Shown: positions 18,101 to 25,272 of the stretch, piece by piece | Numbering within the stretch: the stretch's first letter is position 1 | Layout of the letters: each line of letters starts with the position of its first letter | Assembly: GCA_964625865.1 (NCBI GenBank) | Contig: CAZVEV010000001.1 | Span: 1 to 62,053, forward strand | Length of the DNA stretch: 62,053 bases | Direction: 5' to 3' | From: an uncultured Planctomycetaceae bacterium | Lineage (GTDB): Bacteria > Planctomycetota > Phycisphaerae > SM23-33 | The notes under the pieces: model-generated | Database searches by the model: none | The model's input: only the letters and a program-made list of their open reading frames with translations | Told to the model about the DNA's origin: nothing | Program-made: the position numbers and the translations under genes

Positions 18101-19012
18101 GCCGTCAGACAGGAGCATCTCCTCGGCGACCTTGGTCTGCTCGTACGTGCGCACGGTCTTGCCCGTCGCCGCATCGAGCGCCACGACCGGCCCGTCGATG
18201 CTCAGCGTGACGTATACGCGGTCGCCGGAGGCGATCAGGCGGCGCGGCAACTGGGCCGGGCCGCTCTTGAGCGGCCAGAGGTGCGTGTGCCACTTGCCCA
18301 TCTCCCGCTTCCACAGCACCACGCCGTTAAACGCGTCGCGGGCGACCACCGTCCATCGCGGCGCGGCCAGTATCGACGTGGGCGTCGCTTCGTCGAAGAT
18401 CGTAAAGACGCGTCCGCCGGCGGTGACGGCCGCGCTGAGGCTCGTCATGCGGTCGTGGTGGCGCGAGTACCTCGGCCCGCTGACCCACTGCATCCGGCGC
18501 GGCGGGCCGGCGACCGTGTCGCGGGCGACCGCGTTGTTGGTCGGGCTGTGCAGGAAGTGCGTCCACTCGTCGATCTCCTTCGGGCGCGGCTTGACGGTCT
18601 TGGTTCCGCCGATAAGCGCCACGCCGTTGGGCGCCAGGACGCGCATGACCTCGGCCATCGGCACCGAACCGAGGTCATCGCTGACGACCAGGTTGACCAG
18701 GTTGTCCACGTAGGGCAGGCGCGCGCCGTCGAACGTATCGACGGAGACCTTGCCGTACAGCCCCCTCGCCGCCACGTGCTTCCGTGCGGCGGCGACGTTT
18801 CGCGCGTCGGTATCAAGCCCATGAACGAGCAGGTTGTCCGCCGCGCGCAGGGCGGCGGTCAACTTCCCGTCGCCGCACCCGACGTGCACGATCAGTCCGC
18901 CGGTGACACCCGCAGTCTTGAGGATATCGTTCGCGCTCGCCGCGCGGGCGGGCGGGGTGAGGGTTACGATGATCGCCATCCCCGCAAGGATGGTGGCGCA
19001 TGTCCGTGTCAT
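15137..19012 (-). CDS. paralog D: signal peptide + SAM-methyltransferase-like domain + double PQQ-like beta-propeller, with a LamG/concanavalin-like insertion
   Basis: 1291-aa ORF. MTRTCATILAGMAIIVTLTPPARA signal. IVHVGCGDGKLT..LVHGLD. HHRCY..RGACGYGVLPANGLLYAPQHPCACY. LamG-like block VTVAAWVKSDKPDGVILARGG..YVLYLQGGRARFAI..WTHVAGV..LIDEVRVYRRAL. AAGGAG SD before ATG 19012. Confidence 0.85.
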   Translation of the reverse strand: MTRTCATILAGMAIIVTLTPPARAASANDILKTAGVTGGLIVHVGCGDGKLTAALRAADNLLVHGLDTDARNVAAARKHVAARGLYGKVSVDTFDGARLPYVDNLVNLVVSDDLGSVPMAEVMRVLAPNGVALIGGTKTVKPRPKEIDEWTHFLHSPTNNAVARDTVAGPPRRMQWVSGPRYSRHHDRMTSLSAAVTAGGRVFTIFDEATPTSILAAPRWTVVARDAFNGVVLWKREMGKWHTHLWPLKSGPAQLPRRLIASGDRVYVTLSIDGPVVALDAATGKTVRTYEQTKVAEEMLLSDGVLFALVNTAEYTPPRGGYGSKFWDEAERQIVAVKADTGKTLWSVKTKVLPMTLAADSGRVVLHDGQCVVSLDRKTGKQAWRSDPIARAKEIKAFYGPILVLYEDVVLFSGGETAGMQTGSWYTKGKDTMTALSGKTGKVLWSAYHPPSGYRSSEDLLVVDGLVWTGETTSGRAVGVFTGRDPRTGKVVRQFPPDVEIYWFHHRCYRGKATDRYLLMARTGTEFIDVRNKTWDVNHWVRGACGYGVLPANGLLYAPQHPCACYLEAKLSGFNALAPASKVEGRRSKVPRLDKGPAYGTINLKSKIYNRKSNDWPTYRHDNARTGKSTTKVPAQLKPAWSTGVLGKKLSAPVMAAGMVFVASIDDHTVCAVDAETGKLRWRFRAGGRVDSPPTIHNGHAFFGSADGWVYSVRVADGELAWRFRAAPMDQRTVSFGQVESVWPVHGSVLIRDDVLYCVAGRSMFLDTGLRLWRLRPATGAVLSCTVLDEKDTEAGKSLQDYVSWLNMPVGLPDVLSADEKFVYMRSQPFGFDGKRLPLKPFPRGKDADQGAPPPTQTKEYTHLFSPTGFLDDTWWHRTYWMWGSMFVSGWQGYYRSGTAAPAGRILVVDDQQIYGFGRKPKYYRWTTPIEHHLFAAAKSPDAAPSSVPRKPTRTPKRSLIQIAKSKALNTAGKPVTVAAWVKSDKPDGVILARGGTGMGYVLYLQGGRARFAIRLNGKIHAAAAKAKVVGKWTHVAGVLTAEGKVLVHVDGKPAGSGKAPGLITGDPQEGMEIGMDDESSVGGYNSTLPLTGLIDEVRVYRRALGAAEIAAAAGGKAAGKDAHLVLACSFDDGKASDASGRGNHGKVVGARAVAGKVGKAMRFFGGTGGSSPAVKGFKVKHNWTVDLPLMARAMVVADKTLFLAGPADLVDEEQAYRKMNDAETQKALAAQVEAMEGKRGAVLWAVSTEDGTKLAELALPAPPVFDGLIATAGRLVIATTDGKIVCLGGG
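17172..17206 (-). repeat. in-CDS heptanucleotide tandem repeat, paralog D (TTAGATT-type, 5 units)
   Basis: ttcgatt tacgatt gtagatt ttagatt ttagatt. Encodes INLKSKIYNRKSN. Confidence 0.9.
17243..17270 (-). repeat. in-CDS heptanucleotide tandem repeat, paralog D (GACCTTC, 4 perfect units)
   Basis: gaccttc x4. Encodes SKVEGRRSKV. Confidence 0.9.
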
Positions 19013-19075
19013 AGTCGACTCCTTATCAGTTCAGTTCGTTGTCGGACCGAACGACGAACGCGGGGCGTTGCCCCG

Positions 19076-19137
19076 CCGCTAAACGTTGTGTGCGGTAGAG
19101 CAGCGCCATGCCGCGCGGGTGCGCCACTGTTTAGCGG
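19076..19137. repeat. repeat family 2 termini in inverted order (CCGCTAAAC ... GTTTAGCGG)
   Basis: CCGCTAAAC at 19076-19084 (preceded by the GCGGGGCGTTGCCCCGC hairpin) and GTTTAGCGG at 19129-19137. Confidence 0.6.
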
Positions 19138-19143
19138 TTGGGC

Positions 19144-19172
19144 AATCCCGATGTACATCGGGACTCACTCTT
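19144..19172. repeat. repeat family 3, copy 2
   Basis: AATCCCGATGTACATCGGGACTCACTCT. Confidence 0.8.
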
Positions 19173-19208
19173 CATCTGCGCAGTGCGTTCGTCATCGAAG
19201 CACGAGGT

Positions 19209-22200
19209 CTACTTCGCACCGCCCATGCACGTGACCTTGCCGTCGGTCGTTACGATGTAGATCCGCCCGGCGGCGGCGATCAGTCCGTCGAACACCGGCG
19301 GGGCGGTGAGTTTCATCTCGGACACCATCTTACCGTCGCCGGCCGCGTGGACGCGCAGCACGGCGCCCTTGCGCCCCTCGAAGGCGCCCATCGGATCTTT
19401 CGGGTCCAGGACGTCCGGCGGGCCGGCGATCACCAGGTGCTTGCCCGCCAGCGTCATCGCGCGAATGCGGACCGGGACCCACTTGAACCACGCCGGCGGG
19501 GCCTTCCGCGTAAAGCCGATGCCCTTGGGCACGCCTCGCGTGTAGTCCGGAAGCACCGGGTCGTTGTCATTGGCGTCGGCGAACAGGAGGTAGCCTTCCT
19601 TGCCCGGCGTGAACAGGGGGCTCTGCAGGTTCCTGTACGGGAAGGCCTGCACGGCGTACGTCCTGTCCGGACCGACGACGAGCAGTTGTCCCGTCTTGGC
19701 GCCGTAGTTGGCGATGTGGAAACCGGGCCAGGTTGGCGAGTACATCCAGAACGTCCTGTTGTACCACGAGTCGTCGAGGAACCCGCCGGTGGCGAAGATG
19801 TGGCGGCCCATCGTCCGCTCGCCCATACTGCTTGCGCCATACTTCTTCTTGTGCTCCGCCGTCATCTTCGGCCACACGCGAGCCTGCCAGTTCCTCTGGA
19901 CCACCTCGTCCTTCTTCTGTGTCTGCACCCTCAACGCATAGGGCTTGTCCAGCAGGTCCTCCATGCCCATCGCGTCGGGATTCTTTTCATCCTTGAGCAG
20001 CGGGTAGGGGACGTCTTCCTGCTTCAGGGCCAGGTCGAGTTGATACTGACCCAGGTAGATCTTCCCGCCTTCGCTTACCAGCACGTCCGACGTGGCGCCC
20101 TCGATGTGATAGCTCGGGATGAACGGCTTGTCCTTGGCGTCCTGGCGCGTGTGGGCCCACGTGTCCAGGCGCGTCTGGGCCACGATCTTGCCCGTGGCCG
20201 GATCGAGTGCAAAGACGTAGATCCCGCCGTCGAGGAACGTCGATCGCCCGGCCGTGCAGTAGGCCACGCCCTCAGTCACAAGAACGCTGCCGTGCACGCG
20301 CCAGGGCGATTCCAACTGGCCGAACGCGACGATTCGCCGTTCCCGCGGCGCCGCGCGGAACCGCCACGCCAGCGCGCCGTCGGCGGCACGGAGGCAGTAA
20401 ACGTATCCGTCCGCACTGCCGAACAGGACGCGCCCGCCGTCGATGGTCGGGGGCGAGTCGATCCGCCCGCCTGCCGTGAACTGCCACACCCCCTTGCCGC
20501 TTCGCACATCCAACGCATACAGCGTGTGGGCGTCCCTGGCGGCCACGTACACCCGCCCCCCGGCGGCTACCGGAGGCGTGAGGCGACCCTTGAGTTCCAC
20601 CGTCCACTGTGCGGCCAACTTGGCCGGCACCTCGCACGTCGCCGCGCCGCTGCGCCGAGCGTCCCGGCGGTACGTGGGCCAATCCGATTTCGGATTTCGG
20701 ATTTCGGATTTCGGATTCTTCGCTCCGTACGCGGGTCCCTTTTCGAGGCGCGAGACCTTCGACCTTTGACCTTCGACCTTCGACGGGTCCTTCCCTGTCA
20801 GCGCCTGGAAGCCGGTCAGCTTCACGCCGGGGTAGCAGAAGCACGGGTCCGGCGGGACGTAGAGCAGGCCGTTGCCCGGCATCACGCCGTACTTGCAGGC
20901 CCCGCGCGTCCAGTCGTGCTGGGAGTTCTTCTGGCCGGTCAGGCTCACGAACTCCACGCCGCGACACGGCGTGATGACGTACTTCTCGGTGGCCTTGCTC
21001 TGGTAGCACCGCGGGTGGTGGCCCGGGGTGAACACGTCGGCGGCGCTGACCTTCTCGCCCGCCTTGCCGGTGGCCAGGTCGATGCTCGCCATCCCACTGC
21101 CGCTTCGCTGCCAGATCTTGCCCTGTGCGACGAACGGCTCGGCGCCGAGCCTGCCCTTGGCCGTCCACAGCGTCTTGCCCGTCTTGACGTCCACCGCCGT
21201 CATCCCTCCGGGGCCGTTGAACAGCACGCGGTCGCCGCAGGCCAGCACGAGCCCCGCCGGTGCGCCCCGCCGCCTCTTGGGCTTCTTCGCGCCGGGCTTC
21301 CTGGGCGCCGGCTCGGGCTTCTTGACCGGAGCCGGGGCCGCGGTCTTCCACAATTCCTTGCCCGTCTTGAGGTCGAGGCACGTGACGGCCTGCCCGGCCT
21401 GGTAGAAGGCCCTGCCGTCCTGGGCCGCCAACGACAGGGCGTTGAGGGCGGCGGTCTTGACCCAGAGTTTGCGGGCGGTCTTGGCGTCAAAGGCCATCAC
21501 CACGTTGGCGCCTTTGCGGACCAGGACCACGCCGTCGCAGCAGCGAAGTTCCTGGGCCCCGTCGGAGCCCTCGCAGGTGGCGAGCACCTTGCCCGTCGCC
21601 GCGTCGAGAATCGACACCGGCGCGGTGTAGCCCAGCGTGACCATCAGGCGGTCGCCTTCGGCCACGATGCGCCGCGGAACCGTCGGCGGGATGCTCCGCA
21701 GGGCCTTGCTTCGCCACTGGCTGGTGCCCCACTGCTTGAGCGGGCGCTCCCACAGGAGCACGCCGTTAAACGCGTCCCGCGCGGTCAGCACCCATCGCTC
21801 GGGCAGGGGCCCGTCGGTGATGCCGGTCTTGCCCTGGTCGGCGATGTAGAACACGCGCCCGCCGGCGGAGATCATGGCGACGAGGCTGGAGTTGAACTCG
21901 TGGCTGCGCGACCACAGGGGCCCGCAGGTCCACCGCAGTCCGCGCGGCGGGGCGATCCGCGTGTCGGACGCCACCGCGTTGTTCGACGCGTCGTGGAGGA
22001 AGTGCGACCAGTCGTCAATGTCGCCCGGGTGCGGCTTGACGGTCTTGACGCCGCCGATGTACGCTGCGCCCTCCGGCGCCAGGACGCGCATGACCTCGGC
22101 CATCGGCACCGCGCCGAGGTCGTCGGCCACCAGGAGATTGACCAGGTCGTCGGCGTACGGCAGGGCCTTGCCCGCCAACCGGTCAACCGACACCTTGCCG

Positions 22201-22460
22201 TACACGCCGAGCGACTGAATGGTCTTGCGGGCCTTGGCGACGTTCGCGGCTTCGGTATCCAGGCCGTGGACCAGGAATGCGTCGGTCGCTCGCAGGGCCG
22301 CCGTCAGCTTGCCGTCTCCACAGCCGAGATGCACCACCAGCCCGCCCTTGACGCCCGTGGCGTCGAGGATGCTCTTTGCGTCCGCGGCCCGGGCGGCCGG
22401 CGCTACGCTCAGCACGATCACCAATCCAGCCAATACCGTATGCTCAATCCACTTTGTCAT
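19209..22460 (-). CDS. paralog E: signal peptide + SAM-methyltransferase-like domain + double PQQ-like beta-propeller
   Basis: ORF 19209-22493. ATG 22458-22460 has AAGGAG 7 nt upstream and gives MTKWIEHTVLAGLVIVLSVAPAARA. VVHLGCGDGKLT..LVHGLD. DDWSHFLHDASNNAV. HHPRCY..RGACKYGVMPGNGLLYVPPDPCFCY. The antisense 1232-aa ORF is R/G/P-rich. Confidence 0.85.
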   Translation of the reverse strand: MTKWIEHTVLAGLVIVLSVAPAARAADAKSILDATGVKGGLVVHLGCGDGKLTAALRATDAFLVHGLDTEAANVAKARKTIQSLGVYGKVSVDRLAGKALPYADDLVNLLVADDLGAVPMAEVMRVLAPEGAAYIGGVKTVKPHPGDIDDWSHFLHDASNNAVASDTRIAPPRGLRWTCGPLWSRSHEFNSSLVAMISAGGRVFYIADQGKTGITDGPLPERWVLTARDAFNGVLLWERPLKQWGTSQWRSKALRSIPPTVPRRIVAEGDRLMVTLGYTAPVSILDAATGKVLATCEGSDGAQELRCCDGVVLVRKGANVVMAFDAKTARKLWVKTAALNALSLAAQDGRAFYQAGQAVTCLDLKTGKELWKTAAPAPVKKPEPAPRKPGAKKPKRRRGAPAGLVLACGDRVLFNGPGGMTAVDVKTGKTLWTAKGRLGAEPFVAQGKIWQRSGSGMASIDLATGKAGEKVSAADVFTPGHHPRCYQSKATEKYVITPCRGVEFVSLTGQKNSQHDWTRGACKYGVMPGNGLLYVPPDPCFCYPGVKLTGFQALTGKDPSKVEGQRSKVSRLEKGPAYGAKNPKSEIRNPKSDWPTYRRDARRSGAATCEVPAKLAAQWTVELKGRLTPPVAAGGRVYVAARDAHTLYALDVRSGKGVWQFTAGGRIDSPPTIDGGRVLFGSADGYVYCLRAADGALAWRFRAAPRERRIVAFGQLESPWRVHGSVLVTEGVAYCTAGRSTFLDGGIYVFALDPATGKIVAQTRLDTWAHTRQDAKDKPFIPSYHIEGATSDVLVSEGGKIYLGQYQLDLALKQEDVPYPLLKDEKNPDAMGMEDLLDKPYALRVQTQKKDEVVQRNWQARVWPKMTAEHKKKYGASSMGERTMGRHIFATGGFLDDSWYNRTFWMYSPTWPGFHIANYGAKTGQLLVVGPDRTYAVQAFPYRNLQSPLFTPGKEGYLLFADANDNDPVLPDYTRGVPKGIGFTRKAPPAWFKWVPVRIRAMTLAGKHLVIAGPPDVLDPKDPMGAFEGRKGAVLRVHAAGDGKMVSEMKLTAPPVFDGLIAAAGRIYIVTTDGKVTCMGGAK
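20684..20718 (-). repeat. in-CDS heptanucleotide tandem repeat, paralog E (CGGATTT-type, 5 units)
   Basis: ccgattt cggattt cggattt cggattt cggattc. Encodes KNPKSEIRNPKSD. Confidence 0.9.
20754..20781 (-). repeat. in-CDS heptanucleotide tandem repeat, paralog E (GACCTTC-type, 4 units)
   Basis: gaccttc gaccttt gaccttc gaccttc. Encodes SKVEGQRSKV. Confidence 0.9.
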
Positions 22461-22584
22461 GGTCGGCTCCTTGTCGCGGACTATCGTGTGCACAAGAGCA
22501 TACCGTATTGCCCCCCCCGAATGCCACGCGACATCGCAGAGGGCTCCATAGAGACGATGGCAAGGCGGCCAGGAGGGCGGCTAA

Positions 22585-22609
22585 GGGGTCTGGCCTTGCG
22601 CCTAGCCGC
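22585..22609. repeat. repeat family 7, copy 1 (inverse orientation)
   Basis: GGGGTCTGGCCTTGCGCCTAGCCGC is the exact reverse complement of 56144-56168. Confidence 0.8.
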
Positions 22610-22780
22610 CTTTCGGCTCGATAGGGGGGGGCCGGTCCCCTATGCGCTTGGCAGGCGGCTAGCCCCCCGGCCAGTGCGTCAGGCCGGGTTGCCCCAAGAG
22701 ACGTATGATGCAGTGGTGAGTTTGGGTGCCCCGCACTCGGACCGCTTGCACGGGGCGGCGCCGGAGCGTAGGCTGACGGC

Positions 22781-24046
22781 ATGAAACCAGACCGCAGGTC
22801 AGTGTATTGGTGTTCGCGGGTTTCCTGTGTGATCCTCGTGTGCGTTTCCGCGGCCGTTGCGGGGGCCGACGAGCCGACGCCCGTACGGCCTCGCGGGCTC
22901 CTGCCGCGGGTGGCACTGGCGCCGTTCGGCGGGTCGAGCGTCGAGGACGGCAAGGTCCGCCTCGGCGCGAGGGCTGTCTGCGCGGGCAGGGGCGTCGCGG
23001 ATGTCCGCGTAATCGTCTACCGGGACCGCGCCTGCCGCGAGACGCTCTGGCAGGGCACGACCGGCGCTGACGGCGTCGTGCGGCCTTTGGTGCCGAAGGA
23101 CACCGCCCCCGCGAGCGTGAGCGTTCGGCTGGCCAGGGAGGGCTACTCCCAGCCGGCCCATATCCGGCTGCTCTGGGCGCTGAAGACCGGATCGGTGAGC
23201 GTCACGCAGGACACCACGCCGTGGGTCTCGACGGCGAAACTCGACAGGTGGGCGATCTCCGACGGCGGGGCACACGTCTACTTTGCGTGGGCCCATCGCG
23301 CATTTGCCCGCAAGGTGCTGGCCGCCCTGGTCCAGCAGCGGCGGGAGGTGGCCCGGCTGCTCGGCGTTGATCCGGAGCCGATGGGCGTGATCGTCGCTGC
23401 CGACGTCGCCGGCGCCGGTCAACTGATCACGCGGAAGGGCACGCACACGATGCGCCGCGGCGCGTTCGTGCACGGGGTTCGCTCCTGGCCCATCATCGCG
23501 GCCTCGATGGAGGAGTTGAACAAGCGGCCCGACGAGCGGCGCGAGTTGTACCTGATCCTCGCTCACGAACTGGCCGAGAACACGCTGATCGATCCGGCGG
23601 GGGTGGGGCTGACGCACAGGGGCACGCGGTGGTTTCGTGACGGCGTGGCCGAGTTCGTCGAGTGTCGCGTCGTCCCGCCGGCCTGCCGGGACATCGCGGT
23701 CAGGCACGTCGCCGATCGCATCGAGCATCTCAAGAAAGGCATCAGGGATGGCGAGAGGACCGTTGACCTGCTGGCCTGGTCCCAGGCATCGAAAAAGTCC
23801 GTCCTGCCCCGTTACGCAGCGTCCCTGGCGGTGACCGAGCAGATCGTAGCGACCATCGGCGCCCCTGCGCTGCGGAAGATCCTTCTCGCCGCGGCCGGCA
23901 GGGCGTCCACCACCAGCGCCGACCTGCAGGCCATGCTCACCGAGGCCGGCGCCGGTCCGGTCGTCAAGGGCCTGGGGCGCGTGGACCTCCGCGCGTGCGT
24001 CAAGGTCCTCGAGGCAAGTAAGAAACGCCTCGCCGGCGCCGGGTGA
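22781..24046 (+). CDS. hypothetical secreted protein; possible degenerate MA-clan (gluzincin-like) peptidase fold
   Basis: 421-aa ORF with G/C-rich third positions. N-terminal hydrophobic segment VSCVILVCVSAAVAGA. ILAHELAENTL (HExxE rather than HExxH) is followed ~20 aa later by RWFRDGVAEFV, resembling the HExxH...W..EG.AEY layout of Peptidase_MA-like domains. The antisense 454-aa ORF was rejected. Confidence 0.6.
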   Translation: MKPDRRSVYWCSRVSCVILVCVSAAVAGADEPTPVRPRGLLPRVALAPFGGSSVEDGKVRLGARAVCAGRGVADVRVIVYRDRACRETLWQGTTGADGVVRPLVPKDTAPASVSVRLAREGYSQPAHIRLLWALKTGSVSVTQDTTPWVSTAKLDRWAISDGGAHVYFAWAHRAFARKVLAALVQQRREVARLLGVDPEPMGVIVAADVAGAGQLITRKGTHTMRRGAFVHGVRSWPIIAASMEELNKRPDERRELYLILAHELAENTLIDPAGVGLTHRGTRWFRDGVAEFVECRVVPPACRDIAVRHVADRIEHLKKGIRDGERTVDLLAWSQASKKSVLPRYAASLAVTEQIVATIGAPALRKILLAAAGRASTTSADLQAMLTEAGAGPVVKGLGRVDLRACVKVLEASKKRLAGAG

Positions 24047-24163
24047 CTGGTGGACCGGCAATACCGCGCAATCGGAGGCGGTCCTCGTTCGCCCAGACCC
24101 CACGGGATGGCACCGGCGGGCGTTTGTTCCTCTCGCGATCATCCGTGATGCCGCGCCCCGCAA

Positions 24164-24209
24164 ACGCCCACAGGTTCCCTCCTGTGGGGTTTCGGCGAAC
24201 GAGAACCCG
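24164..24209. repeat. repeat family 5, diverged copy in inverse orientation
   Basis: ACGCCCACAGGTTCCCTCCTGTGGGGTTTCGGCGAACGAGAACCCG resembles the reverse complement of family 5. Confidence 0.5.
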
Positions 24210-24397
24210 TCATCTTAGACGGTCGGGCTGGACGGCGCAGATAAAGCAGATAAATAGGTACAGTCGGCGATGATACTGTCCGAAGAAAAGCAAGAGAACG
24301 GAACGGTGTGGACGGGGGGCGCTGCCCGTTCGTCCGGACGTTTGCCGAGAGTATCCTGGCGCCCGGTAGCATGGGGCGTTGAAAGCGAGTTGGACCG

Positions 24398-24973
24398 ATG
24401 ATGGTCTTGAGCGGCACATTCTACCTGATTCTCCTGTTCGTCATGCGAACGTGGAAGATCAGTCGTGACCTCGACCTGGGCAGCCCCCGGGCCTCGAAGG
24501 GGCTCAAGTGTGCGGCGGCAGGGGGGCAGATTCTGGTCCTTGGGCTCCTGGCCGTTCCGGGCATTCTCCTCCTGCGGATGCACGGGCCGGCCGCGGCGAT
24601 TATTGGGGCCGTCGTGGTCGTCGCCGTCGGGCTGGGGGCGCTCCTGGTCCCCCATCGCCCCCTTCACCGGCGCGCCCCTCAGACGTCGGGCAGTCGCTCG
24701 GTCTTCCTGCTGGCGGCCGTGCTGTTTTGGGCATACCTGATCCAGTTGAGCGCCGCGACGACCACGCGGTTCTTCCCGCAGGCTGTGGTCAGGAACGGCA
24801 GGATCGTTTGCCGCACAGCCTGGAAGGGCGCCGGGTTCCGCGAGAACATGCTCCCGCTGGTCGGTCTGTGGTATCTCGTCGGCCCGGACTATTACTACAC
24901 CGAACGCCCGGGGGACAGCGGCAAGACGGTTTCCGAGCGGGTCGTCATGCCGACCGAAGAGATCCCCCCTTGA
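24398..24973 (+). CDS. hypothetical integral membrane protein (about 4 TM segments)
   Basis: ATGATG at 24398. Hydrophobic stretches FYLILLFVM, ILVLGLLAVPGILLL, AAAIIGAVVVVAVGLGALLV and VFLLAAVLFWAYLIQL. Strong G/C bias at third positions in this frame only. Confidence 0.5.
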   Translation: MMVLSGTFYLILLFVMRTWKISRDLDLGSPRASKGLKCAAAGGQILVLGLLAVPGILLLRMHGPAAAIIGAVVVVAVGLGALLVPHRPLHRRAPQTSGSRSVFLLAAVLFWAYLIQLSAATTTRFFPQAVVRNGRIVCRTAWKGAGFRENMLPLVGLWYLVGPDYYYTERPGDSGKTVSERVVMPTEEIPP

Positions 24974-25272
24974 CGCGCGGCCGGTCGCGGTCGAACATCC
25001 TCCGGTCCACAGCCTTCAGTTGACTCGCCCCGCGGTTCGTCCACAGACATGGCAGGCCCGCGTTGACGCCACTGGCAGGCGCTGCACCCCAAACCGACCT
25101 CAATGATACGCGAGACCTGTCCGCCCAAGCCCCCGCTCGCACAGCCGAACTCCGCAAACTCCTGACCACCTGCGCCCAAGCCGACTCGGCCACCCGCCCG
25201 CCGGATGCAGGCAAATCACGAGGCCCGAAGTAACCATAGCGTGTGGCGGTGGAACGGGGTATCATTGCGTAC

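Noticed and set aside
19086-22784. 1232-aa plus-strand ORF spanning paralog E and the divergent intergenic region.
   Set aside because: Same reasoning: low-complexity R/G/P/A composition. It crosses repeat elements (translating to FRISDFGFRI) and is antisense to a well-supported gene.
22799-24163. 454-aa minus-strand ORF overlapping gene 22781-24046.
   Set aside because: R/P/G-rich translation without motifs. The plus-strand frame has a signal peptide, better codon third-position bias and a peptidase-like motif layout.
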